NCBI GenBank assembly: GCA_964358085.1
Contig: CAYHNU010000001.1
Span: 11,220-75,219, forward strand
Length of the DNA stretch: 64,000 nucleotides
Source of the DNA: an uncultured Gammaproteobacteria bacterium
Lineage (GTDB): Bacteria > Patescibacteriota > Microgenomatia > CAZETR01 > Amesbacteraceae
Reading direction: 5' to 3'
Notes under the pieces: model-generated
What the model saw: the letters and a program-made list of their open reading frames with translations, nothing else
Told to the model about the DNA's origin: nothing
Databases searched by the model: none
Program-made: the position numbers and the translations under genes
In this document: one piece after another, positions 8,865-16,458 of the stretch
Layout of the letters: each line of letters starts with the position of its first letter
Numbering within the stretch: position 1 is the first letter of the stretch

Positions 8865-10413
8865 AATTCTGCTCATATTTATTGTTTTACTCGGGTCTGG
8901 ATTGAGATTGTTTCACTTAGGCTCTCGCCCATTGGGTTTCACTTGGGACGAAGCCGCACTCGGCTACAACGCCTACTCGCTTCTCAAAACCGGCCGTGAC
9001 GAATACGGAAAAATTTTGCCCGTGGTTCTCAAATCTTTCGGCGACTATAAACCCGGAGTTTATGCTTACCTGGCTGTTCCCAGCATCGCCACTCTCGGCC
9101 TGTCTGAATTTGCCACCCGCCTTCCCTCGGCCATTTTTGGCACCTTGCTCGTTATCGTTGTTTACCTTCTTACTCGAAACGCATTTACTGCTCTGCTTTT
9201 AGCCATCAATCCCTGGTCACTCTATTTCTCCCGTGGAGCGTGGGAAGCCAACATCGCTTTGGTTTTCACCACCCTGGGTGCCCTTTTGTTTATCAAACGC
9301 CGGTATTTAACATCGGCCCTCTTCTTTGGCCTGACATTTCTCACTTACCAAGGAGCTAAAATGTTCACCCCCTTGCTTCTGGTTTCCCTTTTTTTGATTT
9401 ACCGTCCCAATATTAAATTATTAATCAAACCCCTAATTTTCCTGTTTCTCCTGTTTCTCCCCATCCTCCTGGGTCTTGGCACCCAATCCGGCCGTTTGAA
9501 AGTCTTTAGTGTCTTCAGCTACACCCGCCGTCCTGACACCATTGTGGAAATAAAACGCCAGGACAAAAATAACCCTTTCCTTTTCACTCTCTTCGATTCA
9601 GAAATCATTGATCAGGGCAGGGGAGTGCTGCAAAGATATTTAAATCACCTCTCGCCTTATTTCCTGTTCTTCGCCGGTGATTGGCAAAACCTGCGCCATT
9701 CTGTTCCGTACTACGGTTACTTCCACCTCCCCGAAATACTGACCATTCTCATTGGCCTCGTCGTCTTACTACGAACCAATAACCAACTAACTAAGCTTCT
9801 GATAGCTTGGTTGCTTTTGGCTGCTTTGCCTTCGACTCTGTCACGCGACCTGGTCTCCGGCGTTCGCTCATTGCCCCTTCTCGTTCCGCTAATTATCATT
9901 TCCGGAATCGGCCTTGCCCAACTATTTCGTCATCGTTTCCTCTTATACTCTTACACTCTTATACTCTTGTTTTTCTTTGTTTATTATCTCGACTTATTTT
10001 ATGTTCACTCTCCCAATTTCACTGCCGCCGATATGCTTTATCCATACAAACCGGCCTTGACCCTGATTAAACAACATCTGGGGGAATATCAGCGAGTCAT
10101 TATCTCCGATAAGCTCGGCCAGCCATATATTTTTACCCTTTTTTATCTGCGCATTGACCCACTGGAGTACCAGCGTCAAAGCCAGTTGACAGCCAATCCC
10201 CAGGGGGACGTGGGCCATGTTGACCGCTTTGACCAATTTGTTTTTCGCCCGCTTTTTTTGCCCGAGGATAGGTATCTACGTTCCACAATTTTGATAGGGG
10301 ACAGATACGAGCTACCTGACCCAGATCTACCATCTATTCCCAACCTAGTCATGCTGGGGGACATTAAATATCCCAATGGCGCCCCGGGTCTGAAAGTGAT
10401 CGGTCTCAAGTGA
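8854..10413 (+). CDS. PMT/ArnT-like GT-C glycosyltransferase
   Basis: WDEAALGYNAYSLLKTGRDEYG...FGDYKPG, SRGAWEAN, YQGAK. ATG 8854. Confidence 0.85.
   Translation: MKSKILLIFIVLLGSGLRLFHLGSRPLGFTWDEAALGYNAYSLLKTGRDEYGKILPVVLKSFGDYKPGVYAYLAVPSIATLGLSEFATRLPSAIFGTLLVIVVYLLTRNAFTALLLAINPWSLYFSRGAWEANIALVFTTLGALLFIKRRYLTSALFFGLTFLTYQGAKMFTPLLLVSLFLIYRPNIKLLIKPLIFLFLLFLPILLGLGTQSGRLKVFSVFSYTRRPDTIVEIKRQDKNNPFLFTLFDSEIIDQGRGVLQRYLNHLSPYFLFFAGDWQNLRHSVPYYGYFHLPEILTILIGLVVLLRTNNQLTKLLIAWLLLAALPSTLSRDLVSGVRSLPLLVPLIIISGIGLAQLFRHRFLLYSYTLILLFFFVYYLDLFYVHSPNFTAADMLYPYKPALTLIKQHLGEYQRVIISDKLGQPYIFTLFYLRIDPLEYQRQSQLTANPQGDVGHVDRFDQFVFRPLFLPEDRYLRSTILIGDRYELPDPDLPSIPNLVMLGDIKYPNGAPGLKVIGLK
9768..9793. repeat. 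Intragenic degenerate 7-bp array
   Basis: ACTACGA ACCAATA ACCAACT AACTA (peptide LRTNNQLT). Confidence 0.5.
9941..9968. repeat. Intragenic 8-bp-period array
   Basis: TCTTATAC TCTTACAC TCTTATAC TCTT. Confidence 0.75.
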
Positions 10414-12005
10414 AAAATTTTTTGCTGATTCTCATTCTCGTCCTGGCATCCGTTTTACGGCTTTATAAACTTTCCTCCTATCCCGCCGGCCTGAACGCCG
10501 ACGAAGCGGCTCTGGGCTACAACGCCTACTCACTCCTTCTCACCGGAAAGGATGAGCATGGTCATCCTTGGCCGGTCAATCTGGAATCTTTTGGCGACTT
10601 CAAACCTGCCGGTTACGCGTATCTGCTTATTCCCTTTATCAAAGTTTTCGGCCTGACGGAATTCGCCGTCCGTCTCCCCTCGGCCGTCTTTGGGATATTG
10701 GGAGTGTTATTCATTTATTTATTAACTAAGGAATTAATTAACAAGGACTGTGGATTGATTGCAGCTCTTATGCTTACAATTTCGCCGTGGCACCTGCACT
10801 TCTCCCGCGGCGGTTGGGAAGTCAATGTAGCCACCACTCTCATACTTATCGGCGCCTGGCTTTTTCTTAAAAAACGCTTTGCCCTTTGCACTTTGCCTTT
10901 TGCCCTTTCTATGTACACCTACCAGTCTGCCCGCCTCATCGTTCCCCTCATGGGATTGGGTCTATTTTTTCTCTACCGCCCCAAACGAATTTTTATGGCT
11001 TTTGTTTTGGGCTTCTTACTCCTAATCCCTCTAACCTATAACCTAGTCACTACCGACGCCGCCTCCCGTTTGTCCGGCGTGGGGCTTCTGGCCGATGAGG
11101 GGCCTCTCAACCGGGCCAAGGAATTGCGCGGCCAGCATCCCGCTTGGAGCTCTCCTTTGTCCAGAATTTTACACAACCGCCCGGTTTTATATTCCATCCA
11201 ATTTTTGAAAAACTACACCGACCATTTTTTCGGCGACTTTCTTTTTGTTAACGGCGACGTTATACCCCGTAACCGCGTCCCCGAAACCGGCCTGCTCTAT
11301 TTCACCGACTTTATTTTCTTAGGGTTAGGAGCGGTTTATCTACTACGAACTATGAACCATGAACCAAGAACTAAATTGGTTTGGTTATGGCTTGCCATCG
11401 CCCCAATTGCTGCAGCTCTCACTTTCCAAACCCCCCACGCCCTCCGCGCCCAAAACATGGTCATCCCACTGACAATTATTTTGTCATTTGGCATTTATTC
11501 ATTTTTTATTGATTTAAAATTAAAAATTAAAAATTTAAAATTGTTCCGTTTAGTTATTGGAGGTTTTGTGATAGTTTATCTTTGGCAGGTGGCGCGCTAC
11601 TTGCACGAATATTACGTCCATTATCCCCAAACTTATCCATACGCCTGGGAATACGGCTTTAAAGAACTGGTGGCTTACGTGGGATCGGTTCAGGACAAAT
11701 ATGAAAAGATTTTAGTCACCGACAAATATGATCAGCCATACATCATTTTTCTCTTTTATTCCAAATACCCGCCCCAAAACTTCCAGGGCCGCCATACGCT
11801 GACTTTCCGCGACAAATACAACTTTTCCACTGTTCGTGACTACGACAAATTTCATTTTTCCGCCACCCCCTGGACAAAAGTCAGCGACATCCATTCGTCC
11901 CTCATAGTAGCCGCCCCGGAAGATATTCCCGACGTGGGTGTTAATATAGTTAAAACCATTAATTTCCCAAATGACCAACCAGCGTTTAAAATAATTAGTA
12001 ATTAA
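10410..12005 (+). CDS. PMT/ArnT-like GT-C glycosyltransferase
   Basis: ADEAALGYNAYSLLLTGKDEHG...FGDFKP, SRGGWEVN, YQSAR, PHALR; GTGA overlap. Confidence 0.85.
   Translation: MKNFLLILILVLASVLRLYKLSSYPAGLNADEAALGYNAYSLLLTGKDEHGHPWPVNLESFGDFKPAGYAYLLIPFIKVFGLTEFAVRLPSAVFGILGVLFIYLLTKELINKDCGLIAALMLTISPWHLHFSRGGWEVNVATTLILIGAWLFLKKRFALCTLPFALSMYTYQSARLIVPLMGLGLFFLYRPKRIFMAFVLGFLLLIPLTYNLVTTDAASRLSGVGLLADEGPLNRAKELRGQHPAWSSPLSRILHNRPVLYSIQFLKNYTDHFFGDFLFVNGDVIPRNRVPETGLLYFTDFIFLGLGAVYLLRTMNHEPRTKLVWLWLAIAPIAAALTFQTPHALRAQNMVIPLTIILSFGIYSFFIDLKLKIKNLKLFRLVIGGFVIVYLWQVARYLHEYYVHYPQTYPYAWEYGFKELVAYVGSVQDKYEKILVTDKYDQPYIIFLFYSKYPPQNFQGRHTLTFRDKYNFSTVRDYDKFHFSATPWTKVSDIHSSLIVAAPEDIPDVGVNIVKTINFPNDQPAFKIISN
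10877..10908. repeat. Intragenic 7-bp-period array
   Basis: CTTTGCC CTTTGCA CTTTGCC TTTTGCC CTTT (peptide FALCTLPFAL). Confidence 0.85.
11021..11048. repeat. Intragenic 7-bp-period array
   Basis: CCTAATC CCTCTAA CCTATAA CCTAGTC. Confidence 0.6.
11342..11374. repeat. Intragenic 7-bp-period array
   Basis: ACTACGA ACTATGA ACCATGA ACCAAGA ACTAA (peptide LRTMNHEPRTK). Confidence 0.85.
11513..11542. repeat. Intragenic 7-bp-period array
   Basis: TTTAAAA TTAAAAA TTAAAAA TTTAAAA TT (peptide LKLKIKNLKL). Confidence 0.8.
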
Positions 12006-12006
12006 C

Positions 12007-12843
12007 ATGAAGGACCAAAAGAAATTAGCCATATTTGAAGGGAAAAAGATTCGCCGGCATTGGAATGGTGAACAAGAAAAATGGTATTTCTCTGTCGTGG
12101 ATGTAGTATCCGCTTTAACAGATAGCATCGATCCAAGAAACTATTGGAAGGTTCTTAAAAACAGGTTAAAGAATGAAGGAAGCGAGGTGGTTACAAAGTG
12201 TAACCAACTGAAAATGCAGGCTGCAGACGACAAATATTATCTTACCGATGTAGCCGATACAGAAGTAATGTTTCGTATTATTCAGTCTATTCCTTCTCCA
12301 AACGCCGAACCGTTTAAACTCTGGTTAGCCAGGGTTGGCTATGAGCGGATCGAGGAGTCTCAAGATCCAGAACTGGCCATTAACCGGGCTTTAAAAGCCT
12401 ACCTGAGAAAGGGTTATAGCAGAGATTGGATTAACCAACGTTTAAAAAGCATTGAAATTCGAAAAGCCCTGACGGATGAATGGGAAAACAGAGGAGTTAA
12501 GGCTGGCGACGAGTTTGCCATTCTGACTGATGATATTACCTTTGCTTGGGCGGGGATAACTACCAAGCGGTATAAAAATTACAAAGGGCTTAAGAAGGAA
12601 AACCTGCGAGACAATATGACTAATTTGGAATTGGTCTTGGATATGCTGGCCGAAACGGCTACCACCGAAATTTCCCAAAAGCGTAAATCGCAGACATTTA
12701 TGGGTAATCGGCGAGTTGCGAAAGAGGGTGGAGGCATAGCCGGCAATGCCAGAAAACAGATTGAGGCCAAGACTGGCAGGAGAATTGTGAGTAAATACAA
12801 GTTTATCCCTGCAAGTGCTCGAAAAACATTAAAAAACGTATGA
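12007..12843 (+). CDS. Bro-N domain (phage-antirepressor-like) DNA-binding protein
   Basis: KIRRHWN...WYFSVVDVV, YWKVLK-x-RL, IQSIPSP-x-AEPFKLWLA, ENLRDNMT-x-LEL, GG-x-IAG-x-AR: typical stand-alone BRO-family protein. Confidence 0.85.
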   Translation: MKDQKKLAIFEGKKIRRHWNGEQEKWYFSVVDVVSALTDSIDPRNYWKVLKNRLKNEGSEVVTKCNQLKMQAADDKYYLTDVADTEVMFRIIQSIPSPNAEPFKLWLARVGYERIEESQDPELAINRALKAYLRKGYSRDWINQRLKSIEIRKALTDEWENRGVKAGDEFAILTDDITFAWAGITTKRYKNYKGLKKENLRDNMTNLELVLDMLAETATTEISQKRKSQTFMGNRRVAKEGGGIAGNARKQIEAKTGRRIVSKYKFIPASARKTLKNV

Positions 12844-13619
12844 AAAAAATAAAACTCTCCGTAGTTCTGGCCACTCACAACGAGGAGGCCAATATTGTGA
12901 GATGTCTTGAGTCGGTCAAAAACATCGCCGACGAGATAGTTATCGCTGACGAACAATCTTCGGATAAAACAGTGAAGATTGCCAAAAAATTTGCAGCCAA
13001 AGTTATCTCTGTCCCACATAACGATAACTTTCATATCACTAAAAATATCGCTATTGCGTCAGCAACAGGGGACTGGATTCTCCAACTGGATGCCGACGAA
13101 GTCGTCTCCCCCGAACTGGCCCGGGAAATCCAATCCCACCTGAAAGGTGGCCGGAAGGACTCCTTTCAGGTGAACGGCTATTGGATGAACAGAAAAAATT
13201 GGTTTTTAAATCGGTTCTTAACCAAAGGCGGTCAATACCCGGATCCCACTCTCCGCTTCTACCGCCGGGGACTAGGACACCTTCCGGCCGCAAATGTCCA
13301 CGAACAAGCTACCGTCAATGGACCGGTCGGCCGCCTCAAGCACGATTTACTTCACTATCACCACACCACCTTTTCTAAATACATGGATGGATTCAACCGC
13401 TATTCTTCTTTCGCCGCTTCTCAAATGCAAGCTCGTCATGAACCCCTTAATCTACTTAATGCACTTAATCACTTAATCCCTCTCCCCCTATTTACTTTTC
13501 TGAATATCTATTTCCGTCATCTAGGTATGGTTGATGGATATTCCGGATTTGTTTTTGCCCTCTTTTCCGGCCTCACCCATGCCGTTGCCTACATTAAATA
13601 CTGGCAAAGGTCATTATGA
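12840..13619 (+). CDS. GT2 glycosyltransferase (KdtX/WaaE-like)
   Basis: NEEANI, DWILQLDADE, YPD-x-x-LR, VHE, H-x-H. Confidence 0.85.
   Translation: MKKIKLSVVLATHNEEANIVRCLESVKNIADEIVIADEQSSDKTVKIAKKFAAKVISVPHNDNFHITKNIAIASATGDWILQLDADEVVSPELAREIQSHLKGGRKDSFQVNGYWMNRKNWFLNRFLTKGGQYPDPTLRFYRRGLGHLPAANVHEQATVNGPVGRLKHDLLHYHHTTFSKYMDGFNRYSSFAASQMQARHEPLNLLNALNHLIPLPLFTFLNIYFRHLGMVDGYSGFVFALFSGLTHAVAYIKYWQRSL
13134..13172. repeat. REP-like inverted repeat inside the GT2 gene
   Basis: CACCTGAAAGG (13137-13147) and CCTTTCAGGTG (13162-13172) form a perfect 11-bp IR; left arm is itself a CCACCT-GAA-AGGTGG hairpin. Confidence 0.75.
13446..13479. repeat. Intragenic 8/9-bp-period array
   Basis: CTTAATCTA CTTAATGCA CTTAATCA CTTAATCC. 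Confidence 0.65.
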
Positions 13620-14605
13620 TCAAAGTCGGTTTTATTACATCTCCCCTGCACGACGCCAATGCTGCCCGCGGCGTCGGCTCCTACACCCGCCGCCTCCTAG
13701 AAAGACTCAAAGTTCAAAGTTCAAGGTTCAATATTGAGATTTTAGAAATTAAAAATGACCATGAACTACAAACTATGAACTATGAACTCGTCCACTACCC
13801 ATACTTCGACTTATTTCGGCATACCTTGCCAATTTTTAATAAATCCAAAATTGTAGTCACCCTTCACGATGTGATACCGTTGGAATTTCCTGATCACTAC
13901 CCCCCCGGTCTCCGCGGCAGGCTTAATCTGCAGTTGCAAAAATTGGCCCTGGCCAACGTAGAACGTGTCATTACCGTTTCCTATGCTTCAGTACAAGCAA
14001 TACGAAAGTATCTGCTTGTACCTCACGCTAAACTCAAACTGGTTTACGAAGCCGCCGACCCCATGTTTAAAAAGATTTCTAAACCCAAAAACAAATATCA
14101 TCTGCCCAAAAAATTCGTTCTCTACGTCGGAGATGTGAATTGGAATAAAAATATACCCAATTTAGTTAAAGCTTGTGAACAAATAAATTACCCATTGGTA
14201 ATAGTGGGTAAACAAGCAACTGAAGTAGAAAAACTGGACCTAAACCACGCTGAACTGCGGCATTTACAAGGAGTAGATTGGTCGGCCGTTATCCGCTCGG
14301 GTTTTGTGGCAGACGAAGATTTGGTACATATCTACAATTTGGCCACCGTTTACTGCCAGCCGTCCTTATCCGAAGGCTTTGGCCTGCCTGTCGTGGAAGC
14401 CCTGGCCTGCGGCACCCCTGTAGCCTGCAGCAATACTTCATCCTTGCCGGAAATAGCGGAGGATAACGCCACATATTTCAATCCCTATGACGTCGATGAT
14501 ATGTCCCAAGCTATAATTAACGCTAAGCCTCCACAAAGCAAGCCAATGTTTTCATGGGAGGAAACTGCCAAATTGACTCTGATGGTTTATCGGGAAATAT
14601 TATGA
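13616..14605 (+). CDS. GT4 glycosyltransferase (MtfB/WbpY-like)
   Basis: RGVGSY, TLHDVIP, KN, EGFGLPVVEALACGTPV. Confidence 0.9.
   Translation: MIKVGFITSPLHDANAARGVGSYTRRLLERLKVQSSRFNIEILEIKNDHELQTMNYELVHYPYFDLFRHTLPIFNKSKIVVTLHDVIPLEFPDHYPPGLRGRLNLQLQKLALANVERVITVSYASVQAIRKYLLVPHAKLKLVYEAADPMFKKISKPKNKYHLPKKFVLYVGDVNWNKNIPNLVKACEQINYPLVIVGKQATEVEKLDLNHAELRHLQGVDWSAVIRSGFVADEDLVHIYNLATVYCQPSLSEGFGLPVVEALACGTPVACSNTSSLPEIAEDNATYFNPYDVDDMSQAIINAKPPQSKPMFSWEETAKLTLMVYREIL
13706..13788. repeat. Two intragenic 7-bp arrays
   Basis: CTCAAAG TTCAAAG TTCAAGG TTCAATA (13706-13733) and ACCATGA ACTACAA ACTATGA ACTATGA ACT (13758-13788). Confidence 0.85.
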
Positions 14606-15714
14606 AGTTTACAGCAATTCTAAAATATTTTGTCCTCTGGCAGGCGGCAATAATCATTATGGCCATTGCCGCCCAATATTCTTCCCTGCCTTTGCGGGAG
14701 ACGTATTTAGGCAGCGGTACCCAAGGGTATATGGAGAAACCTTGGTTCTACTCCCGGGAGAACTTCGACGGAATGCACTACACGTACATCGCCCGCCGGG
14801 GCTATGGCTACTCCCAACAGGCCTTCTTCCCCCTTTATCCGGCCATCATGCGCCGCATCATGACTTTGCCGATTCTCAACAACGCTGTTCTTGCTGGGAT
14901 CCTAGTCTCGGTAGTATCTTTCTTAGCCGGACTATACCTTTTTACCAAGCTCGCTCTATTAGATTACTCTCCTACAGTGATCAAGTGGACTGTTTTAGCA
15001 CTTTTGTTTTTTCCCACCAGTTTCTTCTTCACCTCCATTTATACCGAAGGTCTGTTCTTTTTCCTGACCATCGCCGCCTTTTACTCCGCCCGCACCCGCC
15101 GCTGGTTGCTGGCAGGCATATTTGGGGCCTTGGCCAGCTACACCCGCTTCATCGGCATTTTTCTCCTTCCCGCACTTCTTATCGAATGGTGGCAGCAGGG
15201 CCGCCGCTTTAGGCACTTCTTGCCTCTTCTTTTGATTCCACTTGGCCTGGGAATTTACATGAATTATCTAAATAAGACAGTAGGGGATCCGTTGGCCTTT
15301 TTCCACGTCCAGGTCAATTTTGCCCAGTTAAGAAGCGAGAAACTGATTCTCCTCTACCAAGTCTTCTGGCGTTACGTAAAAATGCTCTTTACCGTTAACC
15401 GGTCTGACCCCCTGTATTTGACCATTATCCTGGAACTTGTCACCGGAGTAGCCTTTCTAGCCACCACTGTCTACTCTTTCATCAAGCACCGTCTATCCTA
15501 CGCCGTCTTCAACTTCCTAGCCTACCTCACTCCCACTCTTACCGGTAGCTTCACATCTTTGCCCCGTTACGTCCTCCTCTGTTTCCCGTCGTTCTTGCTT
15601 ATCGGCGAATTATCGTCCCGCTCTCCCTTGGCTCGCAAGATCATTTTCGGCACCTTCGCCCTGGCCTTCATTATTTTTCTCTCCCTCTTCGCCCGGGGAT
15701 ATTGGGTATCATAA
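14602..15714 (+). CDS. PIG-V/GT76-like mannosyltransferase (GT-C)
   Basis: FDG-x-HY-x-x-IA-x-x-GY, AFFPLYP, YTEGLF, TR-x-x-G, S-x-PRY; ATGA overlap at 14602. Confidence 0.8.
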   Translation: MKFTAILKYFVLWQAAIIIMAIAAQYSSLPLRETYLGSGTQGYMEKPWFYSRENFDGMHYTYIARRGYGYSQQAFFPLYPAIMRRIMTLPILNNAVLAGILVSVVSFLAGLYLFTKLALLDYSPTVIKWTVLALLFFPTSFFFTSIYTEGLFFFLTIAAFYSARTRRWLLAGIFGALASYTRFIGIFLLPALLIEWWQQGRRFRHFLPLLLIPLGLGIYMNYLNKTVGDPLAFFHVQVNFAQLRSEKLILLYQVFWRYVKMLFTVNRSDPLYLTIILELVTGVAFLATTVYSFIKHRLSYAVFNFLAYLTPTLTGSFTSLPRYVLLCFPSFLLIGELSSRSPLARKIIFGTFALAFIIFLSLFARGYWVS

Positions 15715-16458
15715 ATGAATACAGCTGATTTATCGGTGGTCATGCCGGTATATAAACAAGAAAATAAAGTGGTGCTGTATCTTAAAAATTTGGATAAAAT
15801 TTTGGCAGAATTAAACATAAACTATGAAATTATTTGTGTAGTTGATGGTTTTTTAGATAATACTTTTAAAAATGCAAAAAAATACATTAATAAAAGAATT
15901 AAAGTAATTGGTTATGAGAAAAACCAGGGTAAAGGTAACGCGGTTAGATTTGGAATGTCACACGCGAAAGGAAAGATAATAGGTTTTGTAGACGGAGGAT
16001 TTGACCTTAAATATACATCGATTCCCTTAGCTTTGAAACACATGAAGTGGTATGACGCGGATATTATTATTGGGTCCAAACGCCATCCAGCATCCAAAGT
16101 AGCATATCCCTGGCAAAGGCGAATTTTGTCCTGGGGATATCAGATAGGAGTGAGGTTGTTATTTGGAATTAATATCCGGGATTCACAAGTAGGCATTAAG
16201 TTTTTTAAACGCGAAGTGATAAAAAAAATAATGCCTAAACTTTTGATAAAGGAGTTTGCTTTTGATATCGAAATGTTAGCGGTTGCCAACAGAATGGGCT
16301 TTTCCCGGATTTATGAATTTCCTATTGAATTGGAATTAGAATTTGGCACATCTTCAATTGCATCAATTGGTTTTTTTAAAACTGTTTGGAACATGCTGTG
16401 GGACACCTTGGCCGTCTTTTACCGTCTGGAAATCCGGCACTACTACGACGATGTGTAA
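15715..16458 (+). CDS. GT2 polyprenol-phosphate glycosyltransferase (DPG/DPM-synthase-like)
   Basis: NQGKG-x-AVR-x-G, GSKRH, DSQ-x-G-x-K, FAFDIE. Confidence 0.85.
   Translation: MNTADLSVVMPVYKQENKVVLYLKNLDKILAELNINYEIICVVDGFLDNTFKNAKKYINKRIKVIGYEKNQGKGNAVRFGMSHAKGKIIGFVDGGFDLKYTSIPLALKHMKWYDADIIIGSKRHPASKVAYPWQRRILSWGYQIGVRLLFGINIRDSQVGIKFFKREVIKKIMPKLLIKEFAFDIEMLAVANRMGFSRIYEFPIELELEFGTSSIASIGFFKTVWNMLWDTLAVFYRLEIRHYYDDV

Noticed and set aside
6975-9462. 9-bp periodic stretches near 6975 (CTTAATCAG-like) and 9439 (TCCTGTTTC)
   Set aside because: A period of 9 is codon-compatible and can arise from Leu/Ile/Phe-rich TM helices.
12007-12843. Prophage suggested by the antirepressor-like gene
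   Set aside because: No integrase, structural, lysis or replication genes and no att-like repeats nearby.
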